NCBI GenBank assembly: GCA_021081985.1
Contig: GCA_021081985.1_3639.1
From: a phage
Direction: 5' to 3' (one strand)
DNA length: 64,000 bases
This document shows positions 53,458-64,000 of this stretch, piece by piece. A model generated the notes under the pieces. That model was given only the letters and a program-made list of their open reading frames with translations. It was not told where the DNA came from and ran no database searches. Position 1 is the first letter of the stretch. Each line of letters opens with the position of its first letter. The translations under genes were made by a program, and so were the position numbers.

Positions 53458-55830
53458 ATGGCGAATATCATAGTAACTAAAACCGTAAATGCTGTCGAGT
53501 GGTCTGTAGATCGCACCAGTTACGGTCGTGCAATGAAAGCTATAAAATCCCTGAAGAAGGAATGGGAAAAGACTAACAGAGCTTTCACTTCTAATAAAAG
53601 TAATCCGGCAGCAATTTATAAACGTTCTGCGCAAGAGGCTCGTCTTGTAGCTAAAAGATTACACCAAACTGAACGTGCAGAGCAAGCAAAATCTACGGCA
53701 CATGCTATTGCAATGGCAAAAAAGGAAGCTCGTGCTCGTGAACAAATAGCCAAAGTTGAGAGCGCGAGAAGAAAGCAAGCAGTAGCCAGACTAACAAACA
53801 GAAGAACACCTGAAGAACAAAAAGAATATAATGCATTAAAATCAAAGTTGAAGCAGATGGAAAAAACAGGTTCTGGATATGTAACAAATCCAGAAATATC
53901 TGCTGCCCGTCAAGCAAGATTGCAGCAAGAACTTGCAGCAAGAAAGTCTTCAGGGTCTGCCTCTGGTATTGTTGGGGATCCTAATAGTCGTCACGATCCA
54001 AGTCTTGTGGCTGCCCAGAACTCTGCTATGGAACGCTATCATAAATCTATTCCGAAAGAAAAAACAGCGGATGAGATTAAGGCAGAAAAAGATGCTAATA
54101 AGAAGAAAGAAAGAGAAGCGTTAAGAGCAGAAAGGATAAAGGCTGCAAAACAATCAACAATTGCTAATGCTGCTGTAAGACTTCGTGCTAAGTATGGTGA
54201 TGATTTCAGGTCTAAAATTAAAGGTTATGATGATCTGGAAAAGAGATTTATGCAAAGCCAGACTATGAGAGCTTCTAATTTCCGTGCTGAATTGGCAGCA
54301 ATGGAAACAGGACTCCGCAAAGCTAAGGCAAATACACTATCTCTTGATCAAGGATTGAAAAACCTTCGTAGCACATTAATTAGTGTTTCTGCTGCATACG
54401 GAGCTTTTAATGCTGCCGCAAGTGTTGTGAAAACAGGACAATTCTTTCAAGGCATGGAAGCTACCATGTTAATGGTTTCTGATGACTCAGAAGAAGCAGC
54501 GAAAAGAATACAGTTTGTTCGGGAGCAATCTTACAGATTGGGTTTGAATTTAAAAACCGCCGCCCAAGGTTATACCCAAATGTCCATATCTGCCAAAGGT
54601 GTTTTGAGCAAGGCGCAAAATGACGAACTGTTCAAAGGTTTCTCAGAATATGCTACTGCACTTCAGGTTGATCCTGTAAAATACCAGCGTGGTATTACCG
54701 CTATCCAACAAATGATGGGTAAAGGTCAGATCATGGCTGAAGAATTAAAACAGCAGTTAGCCGAGGGTATTCCTGGTTCTCTTGATGTATTCCTTAAAGC
54801 CACACAAGAAGCATTCAATGATTCATCTATAGACATTGCAAAATTAATGGATATGATGAAGAATGGAGAGCTAAAGGCTTCAAAAATTCTTCCTTTGGTC
54901 GCTAAGTATTATGCCGAGGCTGCAAGAAAAGGTGGTGCACTTACCAAGGCACAACAAAGCAACCGTGTTGCTATGCAGCGTTTACAACAAACATGGATGA
55001 ACTTTCAAAATAAGATATTTGAAAGTGGATTTGGGGATGAATTAACTAAAACGTTTAATGATTTGTCTCACATGTTGGATGCTAAAGGACCGTTAGCTGA
55101 GAAAGTTGGACAATTTACTTCTGGATTCATAAAGGGCTTTATGGATATCGCACATACGATATCTAATGTCTGCATTTTTATAAATGCAGAATTAAACATG
55201 TATATCCCACAATGGATAAAGAAAAGTGAGACATTCCAAAAAGCGACTAACTGGGTAGGTTGGGGTCTCGGTGCTCTATTCTTCGCGACTTCCTTGGTTA
55301 GAGTATTCAGAATCTTGGCTAAAATTGCTGGAATAACGGGAACATTGAAAGTATTGAAGGATATCTTTGGTGATGGTGACGATAAACCTAAAAATCCAAG
55401 AAAACCAAGAATACCAAAATTCCTGAGACGCGGTAAAGGTTGGCTCGGTTTAATAGCAACAGCCGCTATAGCAGCAACAGGTTTGGATGTTGATGACTCC
55501 GAAGAACCAAGTTCTGACCAAATACCTACAAAATCAATGCAGGAAGATTTTGTTAAGAACAGGAGTATTTCAGGCGGCCTTTCTCAATGGTGGGATAGTT
55601 TATGGGCTGGGCATATGCAGGATAAAGCCAACTATCTTCAATCCCATAATCTAATGCCTGGCGGATCTGCTACAGGTCAAACTGTAGCTCCTATGGTTAT
55701 TCCTACCGAGCCTGTCAGTGGTGAAATAACAATTAAAATAGATGCTGGAGAATTACGGAATATGATTGACCAGCAAATAGAGACAGCTAATATGGATAAC
55801 ATTAATCTTATTCTTGCTGTCCCTCAATAA
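53458..55830 (+). CDS. tail tape measure protein
   Basis: 790 aa, extended Ala/Lys/Glu-rich helical N-half and hydrophobic segment, located after the chaperone pair. Confidence 0.7.
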   Translation: MANIIVTKTVNAVEWSVDRTSYGRAMKAIKSLKKEWEKTNRAFTSNKSNPAAIYKRSAQEARLVAKRLHQTERAEQAKSTAHAIAMAKKEARAREQIAKVESARRKQAVARLTNRRTPEEQKEYNALKSKLKQMEKTGSGYVTNPEISAARQARLQQELAARKSSGSASGIVGDPNSRHDPSLVAAQNSAMERYHKSIPKEKTADEIKAEKDANKKKEREALRAERIKAAKQSTIANAAVRLRAKYGDDFRSKIKGYDDLEKRFMQSQTMRASNFRAELAAMETGLRKAKANTLSLDQGLKNLRSTLISVSAAYGAFNAAASVVKTGQFFQGMEATMLMVSDDSEEAAKRIQFVREQSYRLGLNLKTAAQGYTQMSISAKGVLSKAQNDELFKGFSEYATALQVDPVKYQRGITAIQQMMGKGQIMAEELKQQLAEGIPGSLDVFLKATQEAFNDSSIDIAKLMDMMKNGELKASKILPLVAKYYAEAARKGGALTKAQQSNRVAMQRLQQTWMNFQNKIFESGFGDELTKTFNDLSHMLDAKGPLAEKVGQFTSGFIKGFMDIAHTISNVCIFINAELNMYIPQWIKKSETFQKATNWVGWGLGALFFATSLVRVFRILAKIAGITGTLKVLKDIFGDGDDKPKNPRKPRIPKFLRRGKGWLGLIATAAIAATGLDVDDSEEPSSDQIPTKSMQEDFVKNRSISGGLSQWWDSLWAGHMQDKANYLQSHNLMPGGSATGQTVAPMVIPTEPVSGEITIKIDAGELRNMIDQQIETANMDNINLILAVPQ

Positions 55831-55834
55831 TTTG

Positions 55835-55862
55835 AAGGGGCTTTTGCCCCTTTTTGTTGTTT
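55835..55862 (+). terminator. intrinsic terminator after tape measure gene
   Basis: AGGGGCttttGCCCCT followed by TTTTGTTGTTTT. Confidence 0.55.
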
Positions 55863-55909
55863 TAATAAAAGATTTATGATAAAATCATACAATAACAAGT
55901 GAGGTTCTT

Positions 55910-56776
55910 ATGGCTTCAGTTTCCAATAACCAGTCAAAACCGCAGCAAGGTAAAGCTACAGCAAATGTCGAAAGAAAGGTAAGTAATGCACAAGAAACAA
56001 GCTCTGGTGTTAAGTATACACTTTTTGCCAGCGGTTTGAATTATGGTGGTCGTAATATTGAACTGAAAGATAAAAATTATACAGACGATTTAGCTATAAT
56101 TTTTGATGTTGTTGAAGAACACTCCTATACGAGAACTGTGGATAAGACTTCTTATGCAGTTGAAGATAGGGTTAAGTTTAGTGATCACGGTGTAATAGAA
56201 GATGGGAAATTCTCTTTTAGTGCAAGGGTTAGCTCATCACCACTTTCAATTATTCAGTTTAATTACATAGATAAAGATACCGATAATCAGAACCCCGCTG
56301 CTTCAAAAAGACCAGAAAAAGCTCTGGAAGTGCTTGAGCGCCTCATAGACCAAAGACAAATTGTAACTCTTGTGACAGAGGATAGAATCTTAGATAATTA
56401 TATCCTTACTTCAATGGAGGCATCTCGTAGCAATTCAGATGGTGCGGCATTAGTTTTTCAATTAGAGTTTACAGAGTTCCGTACATTCACATTAGGAAAG
56501 ACTGTTTTAGCCACCATCTACACAGATCCTAAGAAGTCAGGGAAAACAAAACAGAAAGGTTCTGTTCAATCATCCGCTACCCAACAAGAAGTTGATATTA
56601 TGGCTAGAAAAACATTATACTCTGGAGACCAAGCTGATTTCTGGAAAAACTGGTCAGAGAGCAGACACCATAATTTAGATGATGTTACTTCTCTACAGAA
56701 AGTTGGGTCATATACACTTACTCCGTCTGGGGAATTTAAAGATCTGGATGGGAACCCTATGAAGTTTGGTAAGTAA
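55910..56776 (+). CDS. hypothetical tail/baseplate protein
   Basis: 288-aa ORF in baseplate region. Confidence 0.3.
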   Translation: MASVSNNQSKPQQGKATANVERKVSNAQETSSGVKYTLFASGLNYGGRNIELKDKNYTDDLAIIFDVVEEHSYTRTVDKTSYAVEDRVKFSDHGVIEDGKFSFSARVSSSPLSIIQFNYIDKDTDNQNPAASKRPEKALEVLERLIDQRQIVTLVTEDRILDNYILTSMEASRSNSDGAALVFQLEFTEFRTFTLGKTVLATIYTDPKKSGKTKQKGSVQSSATQQEVDIMARKTLYSGDQADFWKNWSESRHHNLDDVTSLQKVGSYTLTPSGEFKDLDGNPMKFGK

Positions 56777-56786
56777 GGAACTATAG

Positions 56787-57137
56787 ATGTCTAAAATAAC
56801 TTTTGTCTGGGATATAGATGGGTTTGCTGATCAAACAATGAGAGTTGTCTTGGACAGTAAAACATACGAGATGAGATTTCAATGGAATGAAAGGGATGAA
56901 TCTTGGCTTGTGTATTTTGGGGATGTTGGCTCCACACCCACGATATCTTTTAAATTAACAACAATATTTGATATCTTTGAGCCGTTCAAATACCTTGAGA
57001 ATATACCATCTGGTCAATTGTCTGTTTTTTCTTTTAAACAGTCTACAAAACGTGTCGGAAGATACAATATCGGATTTCTTGCAGATCTCCAACTTCTTTA
57101 TTCATCTCCTGACGAGGAGTTAACAGGTGAGGAGTAA
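56787..57137 (+). CDS. hypothetical tail/baseplate protein
   Basis: 116-aa ORF. Confidence 0.3.
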   Translation: MSKITFVWDIDGFADQTMRVVLDSKTYEMRFQWNERDESWLVYFGDVGSTPTISFKLTTIFDIFEPFKYLENIPSGQLSVFSFKQSTKRVGRYNIGFLADLQLLYSSPDEELTGEE

Positions 57138-57142
57138 TAATT

Positions 57143-58141
57143 ATGCCATCTTACAGAACAAGAACATATAAACTAACAATAGGTAAACCAGTATACATTG
57201 GAGAGAAGCCAACGAATATTTCAGATTATACAAATCAGAATAATAAGGATGCTTATGTTGTAAGTAACGAGTACGGTTCTGCAAATATAGAATTTGAAGT
57301 TAAAAAAGACAACTCAAAAGACCCTAACAAAGGTTACGTAACAATTTACAATTTAAGTGATGAGACCGTTAGCTATCTAGATGCTAATCAGAGAGAATCT
57401 CTAGCCATAGTGTTGGAGGCTGGGTTTGATGGTGAAAACCAAATGTTATTCTCTGGGACAGTAGAGTTTGTTCAGGATAAATGGGATGGAAATACTCGCC
57501 AAACAAAAATGATCCTTGGTGATGCAACCACAAATATTATGACTGCTAAAACAGCAAGATCATATAAAAAAGGAACACCTTTAGATACTGTTCTTAATGA
57601 TTTAATTTCTGATTTAAAATTACCTATCGGAAAAGTTGTTAAATTCGGGAATAAGACTCTTCAACAATCAATGGCATTCACAGGGAATGCTGCTAATAAT
57701 CTTGAGAGGTTAGCTAGAAATACAGGTTCCACATTTAGTGTCCAAGACGGTGCTGTGTACTGGACAACCCAAGGTAAAAGATTTAAGAACGCTGTTTTTG
57801 AAATAAGCGCAGAATCTGGGATGCATGATTCTCCAACCCCACAGAATCCAGAACCTGCTAAAAGAAGACTTGAGAAAGAAAGCAAAAAGAAAAAAAGGAA
57901 ACCTAAACCCGGTACGGATACAAGACCAAGTAGAGCAAGAATAAAAGAAGACGCTGGGTTGGTTGTAACCACAGAGCTTAATGGGGCAATTATTCCTGAG
58001 AGCACAATTTATTTGAAGAGTCATAAATATACAGGTTTTTATAAAGTAGTATATTTGACACACAAAGGGCAACTTGAAGGTGGAGATTGGATTTCCGAAA
58101 TTGGCCTTGCTGAAGCCCGTGGTGGTGTTGTGGAGGAATAA
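57143..58141 (+). CDS. hypothetical tail/baseplate protein with Lys-rich linker
   Basis: 332-aa ORF; KRRLEKESKKKKRKPKP low-complexity segment. Confidence 0.3.
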   Translation: MPSYRTRTYKLTIGKPVYIGEKPTNISDYTNQNNKDAYVVSNEYGSANIEFEVKKDNSKDPNKGYVTIYNLSDETVSYLDANQRESLAIVLEAGFDGENQMLFSGTVEFVQDKWDGNTRQTKMILGDATTNIMTAKTARSYKKGTPLDTVLNDLISDLKLPIGKVVKFGNKTLQQSMAFTGNAANNLERLARNTGSTFSVQDGAVYWTTQGKRFKNAVFEISAESGMHDSPTPQNPEPAKRRLEKESKKKKRKPKPGTDTRPSRARIKEDAGLVVTTELNGAIIPESTIYLKSHKYTGFYKVVYLTHKGQLEGGDWISEIGLAEARGGVVEE

Positions 58142-58842
58142 TGGCAGCAATTCAAAGAATGGACGCAGCATTGAATCAGTGGTTTGCGAGACAAGCCAGA
58201 GACATCCATACAGGATTAAGGGCGAAGGTTGTTGAGGTTGATTATAGCATACCCTCAGCAACTGTACAACCTTTGGCATCCACCAATTTCGACGACGGAA
58301 CAGTAGATGCATATCCTGCTGTTTTCGACGTGCCACTTTCGATGCCAAGCGCAAACGGCGGTAAGGCAAGACTTACATTGCCTGTTAAACCAGGTGATAT
58401 TGTCGGGTTATCTTTTTCAGAGAGAAATGAGTCAGATGCTAATGACTTAACGACACACGGTTTATTTCCTGGGTGGTCAATCATTGGTGTTCACAGTGAT
58501 GGGAATGCAATGGTTATCGACCCAAACAATGTGGAATTATGGAACGACCAAGTTCATTTCTCTCTTGCCCCTGAAGGAGATTTTGTATTAAAAGGCCCAG
58601 TGGGAACATTTACTGTTGATAAAGATGGCAAAATGTCTTTTACCAACGGGTCTGCGACATTGACAGCGAAGCCTGATGGGAATATAGAGATGAATGGGGC
58701 GAAGGTGACACCAGATGGGAATATTGTGACAGCTAGAGGTGTAAGTCTAAATGATTTCTACGACTGGTTTACAAGACACACACATCACTATATTTGGACA
58801 GACCCATCTGGTGAAAGTGACACAAATGTCCCTAACAAATAA
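58141..58842 (+). CDS. baseplate spike / gpV-like protein (putative)
   Basis: 233 aa, Gly/Thr-rich beta-type C-terminus, position before wedge-like genes. Confidence 0.4.
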   Translation: MAAIQRMDAALNQWFARQARDIHTGLRAKVVEVDYSIPSATVQPLASTNFDDGTVDAYPAVFDVPLSMPSANGGKARLTLPVKPGDIVGLSFSERNESDANDLTTHGLFPGWSIIGVHSDGNAMVIDPNNVELWNDQVHFSLAPEGDFVLKGPVGTFTVDKDGKMSFTNGSATLTAKPDGNIEMNGAKVTPDGNIVTARGVSLNDFYDWFTRHTHHYIWTDPSGESDTNVPNK

Positions 58843-58851
58843 GGAGTGTAA

Positions 58852-59379
58852 ATGGCAACTCTCTATTCTGATTTATTAATGGATCCTGTTACTGGGGATC
58901 TCGATGTCTCAGAAGGTCTTAAACTGATAGAATCAAACCAAGTTAGTCTTCGTCAACGTTTGTGGCTAAGGTTTAATGTCTGGCAAGGAGACTGGTATTT
59001 CGATGAGACATTCGGATTTCCATATCGAACATATATTAGCAAGAAGGTTATGAAGACTGTACTTGATAATAAGATAAAAGAGGTAACAAGGCAGGAACCG
59101 GACGTTTTGGAAATAACTTATTTTCATTCCACAATGGATTCAGGGACAAGAAGCTATCAAGCATATTTTGAAGTGACAACCAAAGAACAAGAGGTTGTTA
59201 GGATTGCCTTTATAGGGCAGGATGAGTATTATTATCCAGAAGCTGATGCAGGGACAACAATCCTTTGCGATGATGATGGCTGGATACTTTGGGCTAACAA
59301 ACTCTATTACCTCATCAATTTCCGTTTACCTCGTACAGGTGACGCAACTTGGTGGAATAAGTGGGCAACTAATGAATAA
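58852..59379 (+). CDS. baseplate wedge protein (gp25/GPW-like, putative)
   Basis: 175 aa; N-terminal YSDLLMDPVTGDLDV resembles the GPW/gp25 family start. Confidence 0.4.
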   Translation: MATLYSDLLMDPVTGDLDVSEGLKLIESNQVSLRQRLWLRFNVWQGDWYFDETFGFPYRTYISKKVMKTVLDNKIKEVTRQEPDVLEITYFHSTMDSGTRSYQAYFEVTTKEQEVVRIAFIGQDEYYYPEADAGTTILCDDDGWILWANKLYYLINFRLPRTGDATWWNKWATNE

Positions 59380-59383
59380 TGGA

Positions 59384-59412
59384 AAGGGGCTTATGCCCCT
59401 TTATTTGTGTTT
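59384..59412 (+). terminator. intrinsic terminator
   Basis: AGGGGCttatGCCCCT followed by TTATTTGTGTTT. Confidence 0.55.
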
Positions 59413-59433
59413 ACTATTTATAATTAAGACATA

Positions 59434-59461
59434 TTGTGGTAAAATAACCACATCTTATAAT
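59434..59461 (+). promoter_or_regulatory. sigma70-like promoter (TTGTGG-16-TATAAT)
   Basis: Perfect TATAAT -10 at 59456-59461 downstream of terminator; inverted repeat GTGGTaaaataACCAC in spacer. Confidence 0.45.
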
Positions 59462-59484
59462 AATTTACAAGAGGAGGCATAATC

Positions 59485-60978
59485 GTGGCTGCTCAATTTG
59501 GATTAAATGACTACGGTTTTTCAATTCCGTCCCTTGATGACTTGATAACAGACACTAAGCAATCCCTTATTAGAGCTTTTGGTGAAAACTTTAACACCCA
59601 AACTAACTCTGTTGTTGATAAGATCACTACTATTTTCAACGAAAGGGAATATCAATTAATTCTTTTGGCTGCATCTATTTATGCAGCACAAACGCTAGCA
59701 GGGGCAGAAGGTATATATCTTGACGAGATTCTTGGTCGTCGTGGCATATTCCGTAGAGGAAAAACCAAAGGGTCCGGTACTGTTCAAATGGTAATTAATA
59801 ACACAGTGCCGTATAACATGATTTATGATGCCGCAACATACAGTATTGACGGTGGAAATTTTGTGTTAACAGAAGATACCGCCGTTGCTGGCAATATCAT
59901 AGCGCAGCAAATAACCAATCAAGATTGGGTTCTTGGTAACTACACCATCCAGATAGTTAACCAGAATGATGGGACAACAAAGACACTGAACCTATCTCTG
60001 AAAAACAAAACTCCAAACAGTACCGAATTAAACTCTTTTATGATGGCTATGAAAGAGTTTATAGTCGATAATACAACTTATCTGAATGAAGATAAGATCT
60101 TTATCGAATCTTCTTCAGGAAGTATGTTTATAGGTTATGATCAAAATAAGAAAATGATTGGTCTGAATGCCCCTGTGGACTTTAGAACATCACCCCTACT
60201 TGGTCAAAGAACAATAACCATGGATGTTATTGCTGTTGAAGCAGGAGAAATATCTAGAGAAGCAGAGACAGTTACTAACATAAGCCCAACACCAAGTGGT
60301 TTTGTTAGCTTGACGAACAGGGAAGCATTCAGTGATGGTACAGATGTCGAGACAGATACAGAATATAAGCTGAGAGCCTCAAATACAACATCCGCAGGTG
60401 CAGCCGCAACACGACCTGCTATTGTTTCTGCTGTTTTAAATGTGCCTGGTGTAAGTAAGGTTAAAATTTTCTCCAACAATACTGGTGTGACAAACGAGTA
60501 CGGTGTTCCAGCGTATAAGTTTGAGACAGTAGTCTATGGTGGGGCCACAGAAGATATCAGTAAGGCACTTTATAATACTATAGCACTCTCTAATGCTACT
60601 TATGGTGATGTATTCTATGATGTGACTACAGAAGATGACCAAGTAGAAAGAATTTATCATAGCAAGGCAAAAGTAAGGCAACTTGAAATTCGTGTCAGAT
60701 ATAAAGGTAAATTACTATCCCTTACAGAACAGAACACGATCAGGGATTCCCTTAAAGCTGTTGTTGATCCTCTTAACATTGCAGATACGTTGTACAATAT
60801 TCAACTTGTTTCTGCTGTGGGGTCATCCATCTCATCAGGCAGATTTACTCAACTTTTAGTAGATGTCAAAAACAAAGGTGAGCCAGACAGTACGTACACT
60901 AATGATGATATTGTTGCTACTATGACAGAAGTTTTCGCTGTAGAGTTAAATGACATAACTTTCCAGCAAGTTCTTTAA
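59485..60978 (+). CDS. baseplate J-like protein (putative)
   Basis: 497 aa, GTG start with GAGGAGG RBS, in baseplate gene order. Confidence 0.45.
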   Translation: MAAQFGLNDYGFSIPSLDDLITDTKQSLIRAFGENFNTQTNSVVDKITTIFNEREYQLILLAASIYAAQTLAGAEGIYLDEILGRRGIFRRGKTKGSGTVQMVINNTVPYNMIYDAATYSIDGGNFVLTEDTAVAGNIIAQQITNQDWVLGNYTIQIVNQNDGTTKTLNLSLKNKTPNSTELNSFMMAMKEFIVDNTTYLNEDKIFIESSSGSMFIGYDQNKKMIGLNAPVDFRTSPLLGQRTITMDVIAVEAGEISREAETVTNISPTPSGFVSLTNREAFSDGTDVETDTEYKLRASNTTSAGAAATRPAIVSAVLNVPGVSKVKIFSNNTGVTNEYGVPAYKFETVVYGGATEDISKALYNTIALSNATYGDVFYDVTTEDDQVERIYHSKAKVRQLEIRVRYKGKLLSLTEQNTIRDSLKAVVDPLNIADTLYNIQLVSAVGSSISSGRFTQLLVDVKNKGEPDSTYTNDDIVATMTEVFAVELNDITFQQVL

Positions 60979-60988
60979 GGATGTTATT

Positions 60989-61666
60989 ATGGCAGACTAT
61001 TTAAAAGATGTAAATCATATACACACACTGCCAGATTTCGTTGAGGGAGGTATTGATTATCTCCCTGGTGATTTTCTGAAAGAGAAAAAGAATCTTGTAA
61101 AATTTCTGACAATATACCTTGAAAGATTGAAAGCTATTGATGAGATGCTTGTAAAGCTATCAGAAGGTAGATTATTAAGGAATGCCGCAGGGCTGAATCT
61201 TGATGAGATAGGTAATCAGGTTGGTATTGAGAGGAACGGGCTTGATGATGCCACCTATAGGGCAATAATAATGATCTTGGCTGCTGGATCTGCAAGACAC
61301 GGTACAAGACCAGAGTTTATTGAAACATTAGATCAACTGTTTGGTGTTGGAAATTTTACAACTTACAAAGGGGATAATTACCGTTTTGACGTAAACGTAT
61401 CGAAAAGCTGTTTCGACTTAGCAGCAGCGATAGATGAGATACTTGACCTATTACCGTTACCAACTCACCTTAGACTAACAGAGTCTGTGGGTTTGGCGTT
61501 TGGCTTTAAGAATGACAAACATGCACTTGGATTCGGATCTGTGGCAGAGAAATCAAGAACTGGGGATGGCGGTTTAGCCCATCTAGTTTACGTACCGGAT
61601 CCACCAAGAACATCGGATGACATCCTTATTTATGTTGACAATATCTCTGTAGATGCAACAGAGTAG
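60989..61666 (+). CDS. baseplate/tail protein (putative)
   Basis: 225-aa ORF between J-like and fibre-like genes. Confidence 0.35.
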   Translation: MADYLKDVNHIHTLPDFVEGGIDYLPGDFLKEKKNLVKFLTIYLERLKAIDEMLVKLSEGRLLRNAAGLNLDEIGNQVGIERNGLDDATYRAIIMILAAGSARHGTRPEFIETLDQLFGVGNFTTYKGDNYRFDVNVSKSCFDLAAAIDEILDLLPLPTHLRLTESVGLAFGFKNDKHALGFGSVAEKSRTGDGGLAHLVYVPDPPRTSDDILIYVDNISVDATE

Positions 61667-61678
61667 AGGAGACCACAT

Positions 61679-63742
61679 ATGGCAGAGGCTATTTTCACAG
61701 CCAGAAGAGAAGATGACTCTGTAGCTGTCAGCTTTGACTATGAAACAATACCAAACACAGCTATTGCTGGAAGAGATTATACACCCAAGGTAGGTACGGC
61801 AACAATTCCTAAAGGGGAAAAGTCTGTACAGATACCTGTGGAGATAAAACAACATCCTAAAAACTCATTACCAAGAGAATTTACCTTAAAAATGAGTAAT
61901 CCGTCTTTTGGTGCAAGGCTAGACAGGCTGGCTTCCAGATGTGTTATTAGCACCAAGGAGGATATGTCTGAGTTGGGGTGGGGAACAAAAGAAGAGAAAA
62001 TGTTTCTACCTAAATATTGGACAATTGATTCTCAACCCACAGAAAGTTGCTCTATAATATCTAATGGTAATATACTTACAGCTTATATGACTAATAGAAC
62101 TGTAAGCGGTTTAGCAGGGGTTATTTGGAGCACAAAAGATAAGTATGATCATAAAGGGATCTCTTTTCAAGATCACACAGATCTTCGAAACGCTAAGCTG
62201 TGGTTCGATATAGAGTTGGGCGACGGAATGCCTGATTTCAATAATGAGAAATTGACCCCGACATTAACCCTTAAACTTTTAGATGGGGCGACCCATTATA
62301 TCCCTCTGTACGCTTATGCTGAAAATATCAGCGAGGATTATAAAAGAGCCACAATCAAACTTGATTTTTCAAATTTAAAATCTGGCCCTGATGTGAACGT
62401 GCCAGTGGATACCTCTCAAGTGGATCAGTTTTTCTTTTCTATGATATCTGAGAAGTATGCAGAAGGAGAAGATGTTGTCCCTAAAGAAAATCAGAACCTT
62501 ATGTTGAAAATAACTCTTAAAGAGCCTGATACAGGCTATACAATGATGAGAGTTAATAATTTGACAATTCCTGCACATGATGTGCGTATGTGTACATCCT
62601 ATGATGACATGTATAACCTGACACCTGAACGAGTGGTGGACAACTGCTTGAAACTTGGGTACAGGGATATGATAAACCACTATAATGGTATGTCGCATTA
62701 TTACGAGTTCTCTTGGGAAAGCTCCGCATGGAAACTGAACAAAGATGTCCCTGTCAATAATGCAACCCTACAATGGATGAATAACTATTTCGCACTGACA
62801 CGAGCAAATGGTTATAAGGTTATCAATTCTATTAGTTTTGAGTTGATGAGCACTGTATGTCCGGCAGAATGGGTGCAGCATGATTGGAATGATGCATTGG
62901 CTGAAACAGGCTATACACCTCCTAGTTGGGTATTATCACCTAATATTAATGAGGGTATGCAATATATCCAAAGTGTGATAAATAAAATAGCAGCTACGTG
63001 CGAACAAGTTAACCAAGTTGTTATCATTCAGATAGGAGAACCTTGGTGGTGGTATAATACAGCTACTAACTTACCTTGTGTCTATGATTATACTACAAAA
63101 GTTCGTTTTAATGAAGAGACTGGATTGTATGCTCAAGACATGGGAACAATTTATGACTTTAAGACCGGAACACCCTATGATGAGTATGTAGATTTTCTAA
63201 GACAGTGCTTAGGGGAGCGAGTGGTAAAATTCGGTGCTGATCTTAAAAAATCTTATCCTAATGCAAAAATAACACTTTTACCGTTTTTACCATCCATTAT
63301 TGGTAATGGTATTATGGAAAAGATAAATTTCCCTAGTGGTAGTTATACACCTGAGAATTTTGATTTCTATTGCTCCGAGTGCTATGACTGGTTACTTCAA
63401 GGAAAAATGGAAAAATCATTTCAGGCTATCACCATTCCGCGAGATGTCTTAAAATTTGAAGAAGATAAGATACATTATCTGGCAGGATTTGTTCCAGATG
63501 AAGGGCTAGCACCATTATACGGATTTGACCCTAATTCTAATTATAGAGAATATCTTTGGAAAATGATTATAGGGAACATCGTTCTTAATGAGTTTAAGTT
63601 TCCAGGTATTTATCAATACATATGGGCGTATCCACAAGTAATGCATGATTCTATAACAGTGCACAACTCTCAATCCGCAGTCTTTCATATGGGGCATACA
63701 GCATTGAAAGGGTATTTAAAAGATACCCCACCAGAAGTTTAA
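61679..63742 (+). CDS. tail fibre / receptor-binding protein with Calx-beta-like N-terminal segment (putative)
   Basis: 687 aa; AGRDYTPKVGTATIPKGEKSVQIPVEIKQ...EFTL resembles a Calx-beta-type motif; distal position in tail module. Confidence 0.4.
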   Translation: MAEAIFTARREDDSVAVSFDYETIPNTAIAGRDYTPKVGTATIPKGEKSVQIPVEIKQHPKNSLPREFTLKMSNPSFGARLDRLASRCVISTKEDMSELGWGTKEEKMFLPKYWTIDSQPTESCSIISNGNILTAYMTNRTVSGLAGVIWSTKDKYDHKGISFQDHTDLRNAKLWFDIELGDGMPDFNNEKLTPTLTLKLLDGATHYIPLYAYAENISEDYKRATIKLDFSNLKSGPDVNVPVDTSQVDQFFFSMISEKYAEGEDVVPKENQNLMLKITLKEPDTGYTMMRVNNLTIPAHDVRMCTSYDDMYNLTPERVVDNCLKLGYRDMINHYNGMSHYYEFSWESSAWKLNKDVPVNNATLQWMNNYFALTRANGYKVINSISFELMSTVCPAEWVQHDWNDALAETGYTPPSWVLSPNINEGMQYIQSVINKIAATCEQVNQVVIIQIGEPWWWYNTATNLPCVYDYTTKVRFNEETGLYAQDMGTIYDFKTGTPYDEYVDFLRQCLGERVVKFGADLKKSYPNAKITLLPFLPSIIGNGIMEKINFPSGSYTPENFDFYCSECYDWLLQGKMEKSFQAITIPRDVLKFEEDKIHYLAGFVPDEGLAPLYGFDPNSNYREYLWKMIIGNIVLNEFKFPGIYQYIWAYPQVMHDSITVHNSQSAVFHMGHTALKGYLKDTPPEV

Positions 63743-63757
63743 GAAGGAGATACTTTT

Positions 63758-64000
63758 ATGGCTACACCAAGTATACCAATCGAGATTTGGGCAGCGGGGG
63801 ATGTAATTCTCCCTAATACTCACGGGGAGAATAAAATAAGACCTATTGACGACCTTTGGTTAAAAGGTTGGGATATGGGAGAAAAACCAGCTTGTGAAGA
63901 ATTTAACTATGTTCTTCATATGATGACAAGTTGGATAAAATATGTTACAGGGGATCAAATTCCTGAATTAGATACAAGATTTTTAAGAAGAAGTGAAAAT
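63758..64000 (+). CDS. hypothetical tail protein, 5' part (runs off window end)
   Basis: ATG with AAGGAGA RBS; open to window end (MATPSIPIEIWAAGDVILPNTHGENK...). Confidence 0.3.
   Translation, partial: MATPSIPIEIWAAGDVILPNTHGENKIRPIDDLWLKGWDMGEKPACEEFNYVLHMMTSWIKYVTGDQIPELDTRFLRRSEN

Noticed and set aside
57710-58369. 219-aa minus-strand ORF
   Set aside because: Antisense to two co-linear plus-strand baseplate genes in a tightly packed operon; no RBS or promoter.

Overview
This window reads as part of a virulent tailed-phage genome (myovirus-type tail module) with two opposed transcription blocks. Positions 1-21566 are almost entirely minus-strand early/nucleotide-metabolism genes: nrdD (partial), glutaredoxin, nrdB, nrdA, a ThyX-like enzyme, a HAD nucleotidase, kinases, a DEDDh exonuclease, RuvC-like and FEN nucleases, ATP-dependent DNA ligase, a Sir2-like protein and an RNA-end-repair-like kinase/ligase/phosphoesterase set. 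A repeat-rich AT-rich divergent control region (21567-22122) separates them from plus-strand genes: a PRPP-synthetase-like plus NAMPT-like pair, small ORFs, a tRNA array of about 17 genes with several atypical or degenerate members, a CCA-adding-type nucleotidyltransferase, spanins, and a structural module (split large terminase, portal, lambda D/E-like decoration and major capsid proteins, tail fibres, sheath, tube, frameshifted chaperone, tape measure, baseplate). The most striking features are three inteins (nrdA, thyX-like, terL P-loop) plus a group I intron carrying an Endo VII-type HNH homing endonuclease in terL, a candidate NAD+ reconstitution anti-defence pair, and a tRNA-maintenance toolkit. 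Everything is from manual reading of the sequence and ORF track; no database search or RNA-folding tool was run, so family names are motif-based and tRNA boundaries and isotypes are provisional. Resemblance to FelixO1-like phages is an unverified impression.
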